A stretch of 64,000 bases of DNA from Bacillota bacterium (GTDB lineage Bacteria > Bacillota > Clostridia > Christensenellales > CAG-917), in the NCBI GenBank assembly GCA_023665365.1, contig JAMPEA010000004.1, positions 32,823 through 96,822 on the forward strand, written 5' to 3'. The notes under the pieces are model-generated. The model had not been told where the DNA came from and did not search any database. It was given only the letters and a program-made list of their open reading frames with translations. Positions 1 to 9,500 of this stretch are shown piece by piece. The position numbers and the translations under genes are program-made. Positions within the stretch are counted from its first letter, which is position 1; each line of letters opens with the position of its first letter.

Positions 1-2
1 GC

Positions 3-215
3 TTTATCGAACTCGAAGACAGTATCACCCTGCAAATATCCGACAAGCTCGCCACCCTCGGCGTAGACGTGCCCAACCTCTCTGAGCGCATACACTTTGC
101 AATGGACATCGTGCAATCCTTTTCGCACGAATATATCTTCGACAACCATTCGTATATTGATTACGACGCTATGCGCACGATAGTCGAAAATACTCTCGTC
201 GCGCTATTTATTTGA
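3..215 (+). CDS. 3' end of an unidentified gene (last ~70 codons; 5' part lies outside the window)
   Basis: Frame is open from the window edge (FIELEDSITLQISDKLATLGVDVPNLSERIHFAMDIVQSF...ENTLVALFI*) and ends at TGA 213-215. It is absent from the ORF track because it has no start. No family recognised. Confidence 0.3.
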   Translation, partial: FIELEDSITLQISDKLATLGVDVPNLSERIHFAMDIVQSFSHEYIFDNHSYIDYDAMRTIVENTLVALFI

Positions 216-886
216 CTATGTTTACGCAACGCACCCTCGATTTTTTATATTTCAATCACAAATACAACTCGAAGAAGTGGTATCAGGAGCACAAAGAGGA
301 CTATCACCGCTATATCGTCGAGCCGTTTGCCGAGCTCGTCTTAGACCTCACGCCGACCATGCTGTCCATCGACCCTAAATTTATCGTCGAGCCTAAAATC
401 GACAGGACAATATCGCGCATATACAGGGATATGCGCTACGCCTCGGACGGATATTTGTACAGAGATAAAACGTGGTGCGTATTCATGCGCGACAAAAAAC
501 TTTATAACGGCTTGCCGGGCTTCTTTTTCGAGCTGTCGCCCTACGGCTTCCGTTATGGATGCGGATACTATCAAGCGGACGGTCAGTCTGTAAAAAATTT
601 CAGACAGCTTATCATTGACAACAGCAAAGAGTATCGCGCGGCGCTTAAATGCTATAAAAATCAGGACGTATTCCATCTCTATGGCGAGAAGCTCAAAACC
701 TCGCGCTATCCCGATTTGCCCGAGGACGCGCAGGAGTGGCTTATGCTCAAAAACGCGGGTTTAATTGCCGAAAGTCAAGATATAAACCTGCTTTTCAGCG
801 AAAACTTGTCAAAAATACTCGCCGAACAATTTTTGTCGATAAAGCCCTTTTACGATATGCTAAACGCCGCGGAAGAGATGAAATAA
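212..886 (+). CDS. DUF2461 (TIGR02453-like) family protein
   Basis: 224 aa. The N-terminal 'TLDFLYFNHKYNSKKWYQEHKEDY...VEPF' and central 'ISRIYRDMRY' match the DUF2461 pattern as I recall it. The start may be ATG at 218 rather than TTG at 212. Confidence 0.75.
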   Translation: MTMFTQRTLDFLYFNHKYNSKKWYQEHKEDYHRYIVEPFAELVLDLTPTMLSIDPKFIVEPKIDRTISRIYRDMRYASDGYLYRDKTWCVFMRDKKLYNGLPGFFFELSPYGFRYGCGYYQADGQSVKNFRQLIIDNSKEYRAALKCYKNQDVFHLYGEKLKTSRYPDLPEDAQEWLMLKNAGLIAESQDINLLFSENLSKILAEQFLSIKPFYDMLNAAEEMK

Positions 887-900
887 CCGCCCTGAAATCA

Positions 901-928
901 CCCCGTCAAACGCGGAGGTCTGATTGGG
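901..928. repeat. Single copy of the CCCC...GGGG hairpin family (ccccgtcaaacgcggaggtctgattggg)
   Basis: Near-identical to the first unit of the 47622 array (ccccatcaaacgcggaggtttgacgggg). Lies in a convergent intergenic gap. Confidence 0.5.
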
Positions 929-952
929 ATAAACACAAAAAACTTTAAACTT

Positions 953-978
953 AAAGCAAGCCGAGGCTTGCTTTTTTA
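953..978. terminator. Bidirectional intrinsic terminator between convergent genes
   Basis: AAGCAAGCC-ga-GGCTTGCTT hairpin flanked by A-run and T-run. It overlaps the stop codon of the minus-strand gene at 976. Confidence 0.6.
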
Positions 979-1911
979 TCCGACCAAGATATGCATATTT
1001 CTAAGCTCCGCGCTTTTGATTTTTTTGACGAGCGCAAAGCCGTAGGGTTCTAAGTATCCGTCCTTGCAGTCCACGCCGTACTGCCTTTTTATCTCGTTTG
1101 CGACTGCAAGCGATATGTCCTCTACTATCTCGCGCTTGACGTTTTGCCCCGCCCCGTCGTTGTCGGCGGTGAGTAAAAATTCAAGCGGAGCAACCATATC
1201 CGACAGCACTTCGAGCGGGCGCATTGCCCTAAACGTCCACTTGAAATACGGGCAGTGCTTTTTGTTTAGCAAAAAGATTATCTCGCAAGCGTTTTTCACA
1301 AACTCCGAAAGCGCGAGCATCGCCGCGCCCTCCTCGCCGTGCATAATACAGCGCGAATAGTTGTACTGTCCCGCCTTTGCCATACGCACAGCGCAAGCCG
1401 CTATCTTTTTTATGCGCACGTCGTCGGGCATTCCGTTTGCGATTTGCTCTCTGATTTTCGTAAACTCGCCGAGGTCGTCACGAAAGACCTCGCCGTTCGC
1501 AGCCTCCGCAAAGTATTCGCTATCTGTAAAAAGCCAATCGCGCAAAGTGGCGGGAGCGCCCTCGCACCCCGTGTATCTTCTATAAAAATCGCCGATAATC
1601 GACACCCCTTGCGAGTTTGCCCCGATGACGCTCGTATGCTCCAACTTGACGGGCGAGTATTCCGCTTTCAACGCGTCGTATGCGCGGGTGAGCTTAAAGC
1701 CTATCTTTGCCTCGTCCTCGCGGGTGAGCCACATGCAAAAGCCCGTCTCGAAATCGTGGTCGCGCGAAATATCGTCGTCGAAACCAAAGCACTCCGAGCC
1801 GTGACCCGCAAGCCCGACTGCAATGCGTCCCTCATATTCGGGGAACTTTTCGGCAATCATTCGCGCCCCGTGTTCGAGATAAAACTTTTTTGCTTCCTCT
1901 AATCCTTTCAT
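976..1911 (-). CDS. DUF4037 domain protein (nucleotidyltransferase-like)
   Basis: 311 aa. 'GLAGHGSECFGFDDDISRDHDFETGFCMWL' is the characteristic DUF4037 N-terminal block as I recall it. Confidence 0.7.
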   Translation of the reverse strand: MKGLEEAKKFYLEHGARMIAEKFPEYEGRIAVGLAGHGSECFGFDDDISRDHDFETGFCMWLTREDEAKIGFKLTRAYDALKAEYSPVKLEHTSVIGANSQGVSIIGDFYRRYTGCEGAPATLRDWLFTDSEYFAEAANGEVFRDDLGEFTKIREQIANGMPDDVRIKKIAACAVRMAKAGQYNYSRCIMHGEEGAAMLALSEFVKNACEIIFLLNKKHCPYFKWTFRAMRPLEVLSDMVAPLEFLLTADNDGAGQNVKREIVEDISLAVANEIKRQYGVDCKDGYLEPYGFALVKKIKSAELRNMHILVG

Positions 1912-1977
1912 ATCCGTTTTCGACTATCTAACGCAGTTTTTTTGTTCAATTTTACAAGTTTCACCCAAATGCCGCGC

Positions 1978-2772
1978 TCAATTTACGTTGCTTTTATAAA
2001 TCTCCTGCGCACGCGCTTCGAGCTCCTGCTTTTGCATAAAGTATCCGAAAAACTCAAAAGCCGTCGCGCACTTGCGGCAGGTGTTGGCATAGCTCCCGTT
2101 TCGTTCTATGCCCTCGTCGTCAAGGCACTTGTAGGCAAGGTCGAGCAGACTTTCCGCCTCGTCATCGTACTCCGTCCCTCTCTCCTGCGCCTCGTCGTAT
2201 GCAAGCTGTGCAAGATTGACGTAGGAAATTGCAAGCTCGCAAAATCCGCCCTTTTTCTTCAAAATTTCGATTGCCTTTCGATAGTTTTCGCGCGCCTCGT
2301 CAAAGCGTTTGAGCTCGCCCATAGCGGTGGCGTAGTTGTTATAAAATCCCGCAAGGCGGAAGTCGTCGCTCGGCAAAAGCCGCTCGTAGGTCTCCCTCGC
2401 CCTTTCGTAGTAAGGCAAAGCCTCGCTCACTTTGCCGAACGCTTTCATCGTGGTGGCGCAGTTGAGATATATAGTAGCGTTTGCGACGCTGTCCCCGACG
2501 TCGATACAGTTAAGCAGATTAAGCGCGTCGTCCACCGCGCGAAGCCCCTTTTGACTATTCCCCGTCGAGCGATAATAGCCGATTTCTTCGCTTAAAATTT
2601 CGCATAGACCTCGCCTGTCGTTTAAAGCGCGAGCTTCGCCCTCCCAGTATTCGAGCAGACGACCCGCCTCCTCAACGTCGTTTTTGGCAAGCAACGAATC
2701 GAGTTTGTCGATGATTCGCATAATCGGGATAGTCCCCGTAGCTTCCTTCGAGCAACAGCACCTTTCCTGCAT
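1978..2772 (-). CDS. Tetratricopeptide-repeat protein
   Basis: 264 aa of repeated A/Y/L-rich helical pairs (e.g. 'ALPYYERARETYERL', 'ARENYRKAIEILKK'). AAGAGGA sits 9 nt upstream of the first ATG. Confidence 0.65.
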   Translation of the reverse strand: MQERCCCSKEATGTIPIMRIIDKLDSLLAKNDVEEAGRLLEYWEGEARALNDRRGLCEILSEEIGYYRSTGNSQKGLRAVDDALNLLNCIDVGDSVANATIYLNCATTMKAFGKVSEALPYYERARETYERLLPSDDFRLAGFYNNYATAMGELKRFDEARENYRKAIEILKKKGGFCELAISYVNLAQLAYDEAQERGTEYDDEAESLLDLAYKCLDDEGIERNGSYANTCRKCATAFEFFGYFMQKQELEARAQEIYKSNVN

Positions 2773-2822
2773 ATGGCAATTCCTCTTGTAAAATTCTTAT
2801 ATTTTTTTAATATTTGATATAG

Positions 2823-3386
2823 TCAACGCCCGCGCGTCAGCTCGCAAAAAAGTTCTCGGACGTTTTTTCGCAGTTCGTCAAGCCCGTTCGAGTTGTCTAA
2901 AACTCTCGTAGCGACGGCTTTCAAACTGTCCTCGTCCGCCTGCGCGCATATCCTGCGCATAGCTTCTTCCGACGAAAACCCACGTCTATTCAGTCTTTCT
3001 ATGCGGGCTTTTAGCGGCGCGTAGACCAGCACGATTTCGTCGAACAGCTCCTCCGCCCCTATCTCGACGAGCAGCGGCATTTCCACGACAAGCGGGTCGC
3101 GCATATCTTCTTTTATGCGCTTTAAAATGCGCGGATGCGCAAGCGCGTTGATACGGGCGCGCGCGTCATCGTTTGAAAACACGATTTCGGCAAGTTTTTT
3201 TCTGTCCGCCGCTCCGTCTTGCACAGCGCTCGGGAAAGCCTCTGCTATCTGCGAGACGTACTCGGGATTTTCAAGCAGTTCGTCATTTATTCCGTCCGCG
3301 CTAAGCGTAGGCAAGCCAAGCTCCTTTGCGGCTTTTAACGCCTCGCTCTTGCCCGAGCCTATTCCGCCTATGATTGCGATTTTCAT
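2823..3386 (-). CDS. coaE: Dephospho-CoA kinase
   Basis: P-loop 'IIGGIGSGKS' at the N-terminus, and the length fits. AGAGG precedes the internal ATG (M10 of the track ORF), which avoids overlap with polA. Confidence 0.9.
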   Translation of the reverse strand: MKIAIIGGIGSGKSEALKAAKELGLPTLSADGINDELLENPEYVSQIAEAFPSAVQDGAADRKKLAEIVFSNDDARARINALAHPRILKRIKEDMRDPLVVEMPLLVEIGAEELFDEIVLVYAPLKARIERLNRRGFSSEEAMRRICAQADEDSLKAVATRVLDNSNGLDELRKNVRELFCELTRGR

Positions 3387-3394
3387 ATCAGCCT

Positions 3395-5908
3395 CTATTT
3401 GAGCGCGCCCCAATCGTCGGCGTAACCCGCCTTTGCGATGAGCGGCACTTTGAGCTCGATAGCGTTCTGCATCTCCTCGGCGAGCAGGGTCATAACCTCG
3501 TCAAGCTCGTCGCGGGCGGTATCTATGATGAGTTCGTCGTGGATTTGTAAAATCATCTTGGATTTTTTGTCTTTTAAGCGTTTTTCGACCCCGAGCATAG
3601 CGAGCTTGATAATATCCGCCGCCGAGCCTTGAAGCGGAGTGTTCATCGCCATACGCTCGGCAGATGAGCGCACGAGATAATTGGACGCATTGAGGTCGGA
3701 GAGATTGCGCCGTCTGCCGAGCAACGTAACCGCATAACCCTTTTCTCTTGCCTCGGCGACGCAACCGTCCATATACGCGCGCACGCGCGGGTGCGTGGAA
3801 AAGTAGTTTGCAATAAACTCCTTTGCCTTATACTGCGGGATAGACAGGTTTTCGGCGAGTCCGAAGCCGCTTATGCCGTAGATGATGCCGAAGTTGACGG
3901 CTTTTGCGTCGCGGCGCTGGTCGGGAGTGACCTCGCTAAGCGGAACGCCCAAAATCTGCGACGCGGTGATAGCGTGTATGTCGTCGTCCTTGTTGAATGC
4001 CTCGATAAGCTGTTCGTCGCCGCTCATATGCGCAAGCAAGCGAAGCTCGATCTGCGAGTAGTCTGCTGACACGAGCACGTTGCCCTCGCTCGGCAGAAAC
4101 GCGCTTTTAATATCCTTGGCTTCCTCGCTTCTTGTGGGAATGTTTTGGAGATTGGGATTTGTCGAGGACAGCCTGCCCGTCATAGTGATACACTGGTTGA
4201 ACTCCGTGTGGATACGCCCCCTGTTGATAAGCGGTTGAAGCCCCACGACGTAGGTTGACTGCAATTTTGTATAGTGGCGATATTCGAGTATATCCTTGAC
4301 GATGGGATTTGCCCAAGCGAGATTTGCAAGCACGTCCTCGCCGACGGAGTAGCCTGTCTTTGTCTTTTTGCCGTGCGGCAAGCCGAGCTTTTCAAACAGA
4401 ACCTCGCCGAGCTGTTTAGGAGACGCTATGTTGAAAGTACAGCCCGCCTTTTCGTAAATGCGGCGCGAAAGCTCCTCTATGATGCCGCCGTACTTGGCTT
4501 CGAGCTGTTTGAGCTTGTCGATAGACACGCGCACGCCGCGAAGCTCCATATCTCGCAAAACTACGCAAAGCGGCAGTTCAACGTCGTAAAACAGACGATT
4601 AAGTCCTTTTTCGGTCAGTTGCTCGGCAATTTTCACGCTTGCGAGATAAATTTCGCAAGCCCCGTTTTCCATTCCCTCTGCGCCGAGCACTTGCGCAAGG
4701 CTTTTTATCGACATACTCTCGCGCGCGAGGTGCGCGCCTATCATAATATCGAAAAACTCGCGGTTGTCAAACCCGTATTTTTTTGAAAGAGTTTTAAAGT
4801 CGTAGCAAATTAGGCGCATATCTTTTGCGCACTCGCGCACGCAGTCGAGCGCGTCGTCAAAGTAAGGTCCTTCGCTGAATAAATCCTCCGCGCAGTCAAT
4901 GACGTACTCCGTCTTGCCGTCAAGCGAAAAGCTGATTTCCCTATCAACGTAAACTGCGACGCTGTCGCCTTTGAGCGCGGCTTTTATTGCGTCAAGGCTG
5001 TTTAACTTGACGATATTTTTTTCTATCTTCGAGACTGTCGGCGCAGGGTCGGACTCGTCGAAAGTCATTCTGTTTATGAGGGAGGAGATTTCGAGTTCCA
5101 TAAGTTTTGCCTTGACCTCGGCGGAATATATCGGCGTAAACTTTATGTCGTCGAGCGTGCATTCGACGGGAACGTCCGTTTTGATGACGGCGAGTTTTCT
5201 GCTCAATATAGCCATATCCTTGCCGTTTACGACGTTCTGCCCCACCTTGCCGCTTATCTCCTCTGCGTGCGCGAGCACGCTGTCAAGCGAACCGTAGCTT
5301 GCAAGCAACGCCTTTGCGGTCTTTTCGCCGACCCCCGCGATGCCGGGGATATTGTCGGACGCGTCGCCCATAAGCGCCTTATAGTCGATAAACTGCGAGG
5401 GCGTAAAGCCGTCCTGCAAAAGCCGCGCCTCGTCGTAGACTTCTATATCGGTCACGCCGCGCTTTGTCCAAAATACGCGAGTGGTAGGACTGACAAGCTG
5501 AAAGCTGTCGCGGTCGCCCGTGACGATAATGCACTCGTCGCCGAACCTGTTTGCGAGCGTGCCGAGAATGTCGTCGCCCTCGTAGCCCTGCATGCTTACG
5601 ATTTTTATGCCCATAGCGGCGATAAGCTCTTTGAGAGGCTCGACCTGCTGGCGGAGTTCCTCGTCCATGGGCTTGCGCGTAGCCTTGTAGCCGTCGTACA
5701 TTTCGTGGCGGAAGGTAGGTCCTTTAAGGTCGAAAGCGGCGGCGATATGCGTGGGGTTTTGCTCCTTAATGAGGCGCAAAAGTATACTGACAAAGCCGAA
5801 CACCGCTCCCGTATACTGCCCCTTCGAGGATTTGAGATTGGGGAGCGCGTGATACGCTCTGTGCATAAGGCTGTTTGAGTCGAGCAATAGAATTTTGTTT
5901 TTCGCCAT
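3395..5908 (-). CDS. polA: DNA polymerase I
   Basis: 837 aa. Has an N-terminal 5' nuclease domain and the Pol A motifs 'DYSQIELRLLAH', 'RRDAKAVNFGIIYG' and 'LQIHDELI'. Confidence 0.95.
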   Translation of the reverse strand: MAKNKILLLDSNSLMHRAYHALPNLKSSKGQYTGAVFGFVSILLRLIKEQNPTHIAAAFDLKGPTFRHEMYDGYKATRKPMDEELRQQVEPLKELIAAMGIKIVSMQGYEGDDILGTLANRFGDECIIVTGDRDSFQLVSPTTRVFWTKRGVTDIEVYDEARLLQDGFTPSQFIDYKALMGDASDNIPGIAGVGEKTAKALLASYGSLDSVLAHAEEISGKVGQNVVNGKDMAILSRKLAVIKTDVPVECTLDDIKFTPIYSAEVKAKLMELEISSLINRMTFDESDPAPTVSKIEKNIVKLNSLDAIKAALKGDSVAVYVDREISFSLDGKTEYVIDCAEDLFSEGPYFDDALDCVRECAKDMRLICYDFKTLSKKYGFDNREFFDIMIGAHLARESMSIKSLAQVLGAEGMENGACEIYLASVKIAEQLTEKGLNRLFYDVELPLCVVLRDMELRGVRVSIDKLKQLEAKYGGIIEELSRRIYEKAGCTFNIASPKQLGEVLFEKLGLPHGKKTKTGYSVGEDVLANLAWANPIVKDILEYRHYTKLQSTYVVGLQPLINRGRIHTEFNQCITMTGRLSSTNPNLQNIPTRSEEAKDIKSAFLPSEGNVLVSADYSQIELRLLAHMSGDEQLIEAFNKDDDIHAITASQILGVPLSEVTPDQRRDAKAVNFGIIYGISGFGLAENLSIPQYKAKEFIANYFSTHPRVRAYMDGCVAEAREKGYAVTLLGRRRNLSDLNASNYLVRSSAERMAMNTPLQGSAADIIKLAMLGVEKRLKDKKSKMILQIHDELIIDTARDELDEVMTLLAEEMQNAIELKVPLIAKAGYADDWGALK

Positions 5909-5952
5909 AAAGACCTGCCGATATAATATTGTTTATATAATAGATATATATA

Positions 5953-5981
5953 ATTATAACATTAAACGGCGGTATTTACAA
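5953..5981 (-). promoter_or_regulatory. Putative sigma-A promoter of polA
   Basis: The minus strand reads TTGTAA-17 nt-TATAAT, with TGt just before the -10. It lies about 45 nt upstream of the polA ATG. Confidence 0.5.
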
Positions 5982-6010
5982 GTATAATCCGCAACGGGTG
6001 TGCGTCGAGT

Positions 6011-6279
6011 ACTCTAAATAAAATAGCCCCCTCTTTCCCTGCGGGCTTTTCTCCCACCACTCAAACTTAGACGGGTGCAGTAGCTCCCTCTTTGTCTTTT
6101 TAAGTTTTCGTCGTTCGCGGGGGGCGACAATCGGCACTCGTGAACTGATTGCCGTCGCCTATTTATTCCACTCGTTCGCAAGCGTAAAAACTACACTCGC
6201 TTGCTCTCTTGTACTTTTCGTCGCACTTCGGCACTCACTTTCTCCGCGCCCTGCGCGTCGTGTTCTAAACTTCGTAACA
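6011..6279 (-). ncRNA. Candidate structured non-coding RNA, copy 1 (unassigned family)
   Basis: Shares conserved blocks with 22606-22937. The hairpin GCAAGCG...CGCTTGC here is GCGGGCA...TGCCCGC in copy 2, so three pairs are compensated. The CGCGC-AGG-GCGCG hairpin is invariant. The minus-sense 3' end is AGCCC...GGGCT followed by ATTTTATTT. Confidence 0.45.
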
Positions 6280-6541
6280 GCCGTTCGTCGTGTAACACCC
6301 TATCAAGCAGACGTTAAAAACACCCCCTTAAAGATTAAGGGGGGGGGGTTGGGGGGATATGAGGAGTTTTCAGGTAAGGGGGTTCATAAGGGGGTATAGG
6401 GCGGACTCGGAAAACAGCCCTTACCCCCTTAGTAACGTGGTTACACCACACCCGACACTGTGTGTCACCCTCTATCGATGGGAGGGCTGACGTTCTGGAT
6501 TGCTTCGCCAATAAATTGGCTCGCAATGACGACTGTAAGAT

Positions 6542-6567
6542 AAAAGCGCTCCCGAGGGAGCGCTTTT
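6542..6567 (-). terminator. Intrinsic terminator after the 1090-aa gene
   Basis: AAAAGCGCTCCC-ga-GGGAGCGCTTTT is a perfect GC-rich hairpin with flanking A/T runs, 18 nt downstream of the stop. Confidence 0.7.
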
Positions 6568-6584
6568 ATGATTACGTAAAATCA

Positions 6585-9500
6585 TCAGTTCTCGCCGTGC
6601 AGACGTTTTAGGAAGTTGGAGTCGAACTCGAACGTCGAGTGCGGGAGAATATCCAAGCTGCTCGACCTTGCGTCGTATGCGTAAAACACCAGTTCCATAG
6701 ATCTGAGAATGGGCAACGCCGTTGACGCAATAGCTCCGACGTTTGACATTGACGACGGCAGTTCCCTTGTGCGAATCGGGTCGCTCGCTATACGTTTATC
6801 CTCGATTTCAATGTCAAGATAAACGGGTTCGTCCATAATACCCTCGCTGAAAGTTATGCCCGTCGTGACAAAGCCCATATGGATATAGCACTCTTTGTCG
6901 GAGTCGATATAGCGGCAACTCTTGAAAGCGTCCGCATATCTGAAAATATCCGATGCAAAGCCGACTATCAAACTATTGGTCTTTGCGTCGCCCGTATCTA
7001 CGAAGTTTGCGATTTTCACGTTCTGCCAGTTGTAAATGTCGAGGAAGCCCGTCTGTCTCACCTGCGTATTTATGCCCTCGTCGTAGAAATATTTTTTAAA
7101 GTACGCGGCATTTGCGGCGAGGTCGTCGCGGATAAATCTGCCGTCGCCCGAGTCGCAATCGCCAAACGGGTCGTCCTCGGACGTGACGGAAAATCTCTCG
7201 TAGCTGAACGACGCGATAGTATTTAAGCAGTTTGCAAAGACGCAGTTATTCAAGGTCATATGCGAGTACACGGGATATGTGACGTACTTCCCATCCTCTT
7301 CTATTGGGTACATGCGCGCGGGAATGTAGAACGCACACGAAGCCATATTTCTCACGACGATGCCGTCTAAAACGTAGTCCGCGTTGTAGGATTGACCTGC
7401 CCTGCGCCCATTTTCGAGTATGCAGTATTCCACGCGAACGTTGCTTATGCGGTTTGTTTTATAGTCGTCGCAGGAATAAATTTGGATGCTCTGTCCTTTG
7501 AGTCCGTCCGTCTCGTCGGCGCTGAGCGTGCCGTCCTTATCCATCTTGTTTGCGCGCAGATTGAGGTTGCTGACGGTGACGTTGCTCCAAACAATCCACA
7601 GCATAGCGTCCACGTTGTGAATCTGATTGCGCTCGGCAGTGAGCCAGTTGTTGTTGCCGTACACGTCGCCGTATGCCTTGACGTCGTTTTCGTCGCGGAT
7701 TTCGAGGGGATTTCCCTTATCATCCAGCTTATCCTCGTATCTGAGGGTGTTCATGACGGAAATTCCGTACGTCCTTAGGCTGTGCTCCGAATTGTAAAGC
7801 CTATATAAATCGTTTCTGCCGCGCTCGGTGTTGGTATGCTCGAAAGCGATCGTCCTCTCTTGCAGATTGCCTTCCGCATAGGCGTAAGCCTTTTGGTCAT
7901 CGCTCGCCTTATAGAATTCCGCGATATTGTTGACCTCCACGCCGTAGATGACCTTGATTGCGACCTCTTCCGAGGTGAACCTGTCGTTGCCTGCGTACTT
8001 GGGATACTTTGCGCTGACCTTGACGTTTATAGTCTGCTTGCCCTTGCCTTCGAGTGCGGAGGGAATGAAGATGAGTCTGTTAGGCTCGCTTTCGTCGGTG
8101 GAGAAGTAGGCGTAGTCGCCGCCCGAAATTATCTCGTACTTATACGCGTTGTAGAACGTGGCGAGTTGCTTTTTAAACTCGCTGTCGCTGTCGAACTGAC
8201 TTCTCTTGGGTGCATCGATAATCTCGATGAGCACGTTGTTGACCGTCTTTTCGTGGCTGTCGGTGTCAAATCTGTATTTCTCTGCGGCAAAGACCGTTTC
8301 GCGCGCAAGACCGACGGCGTAGTAGTCATTGCCCGTGCGCAGGTTCATAGAAGCGAGCTTGATTTGTACGTTGAGCGTGAGGCTTGACGACTTGCCGTTT
8401 CTCGTTGCGGTTATGTCCACAAGTCCGCTCGAAACCGCCGACACCTCGCCGTTTTGGGCGACCGTGACAATCTTAGCGTCGCTCGAAGCCCAAGTTACGC
8501 CGTTCGGCTCGCCCTCTTTCAACACGTCTTTCCAAACGGCGCGGAGTTTGAGCGCAAGCGCGCTGACCTCGAATACGTAGCCGTCGGTCGCTTCATAAAC
8601 GCTTGCGTTTTCGATTTCTATATCGTCATCGCCGCACCTGTTGACTGTAACCGTCCCGTTTTGCGTGACGATATGCGCTACGTCGCTCGTGAAAGCTACT
8701 TTGCTTTCGTTTTCTTCCGTGCCTATCTCGCAACCTTCATACGAAATCACATCATCGGGATTTATGCCGACTGCATTTAGTGAAAACGGTTTAGACGTGC
8801 TGAATTCGCTTCCGAACTTGCTTGCGCCCGCGCTCACGGTGACGACGTGCGCTACCGTGCTTGTGACAAGTTCGCCCGTGTCGTGGCGGTCGGCTTTGAC
8901 GGTTATATTCGCCGTGCCCGCGCTATGCGCAGTCACTACGCCGTTTTGGTCAACGCTTGCGACGCTCGGGTCGGAGCTTTCCCATTCGGTTGTGCTTACG
9001 ATACTGCTGACGGGGATATAGTTTGCGTTGAGGCGCAACTTGTCGCCGACGCTAATTGCGCTTTCAGTCTCGCCGTTTACGTCCACGACGGAAATATCCT
9101 CGACGTTATAACCCTTGACGTTTACGCGCAGGGTCTTGCTGACGTTGGCGGTTGCGGATATGTTGAGTTTGAAACTGCAATACGAGTTGACCAAAAACTT
9201 GCTCGACGTATTTCCGTCCACCTCTTTGCCATTATCGTCCACGAGCATCGCGGCATCGGCAACGTAGTTGACATCCGTATCGACGAGCGCGCTTTGTTTG
9301 GATTTGTAATCGGCGATTTTAGCCTCGTTTTCGGCTTTCAACGCGGCGAAATCCTCTTCGAGCGCTTCTATCCTCTCGGTTTTCAAATTTTGGGTAAGCG
9401 AGCTTGCGCGTATTGCGGCGATGTCCTCTGCGAGCTTTTTCTCTGCGTTTTCGATTATTGTTTCGCAATTCTTAATTTGATTGTTATAGCTATTATAATC

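Noticed and set aside
6011-6279. Interpretation of the 270-330 nt element as a MITE/IS remnant or as a known housekeeping RNA (RNase P, tmRNA, SRP, 6S).
   Set aside because: I found no terminal inverted repeats or target-site duplications at the homology boundaries and no transposase fragment. I also could not find the universal signature sequences of those RNAs that I know. A formal Rfam scan is still needed.
6335-6526. 63-aa minus-strand ORF (…PPYEPPYLKTPHIPPTPPP).
   Set aside because: It is generated by reading through poly-C/G hairpin repeats. It has no RBS and the proline run is simply the translation of the C10 tract.
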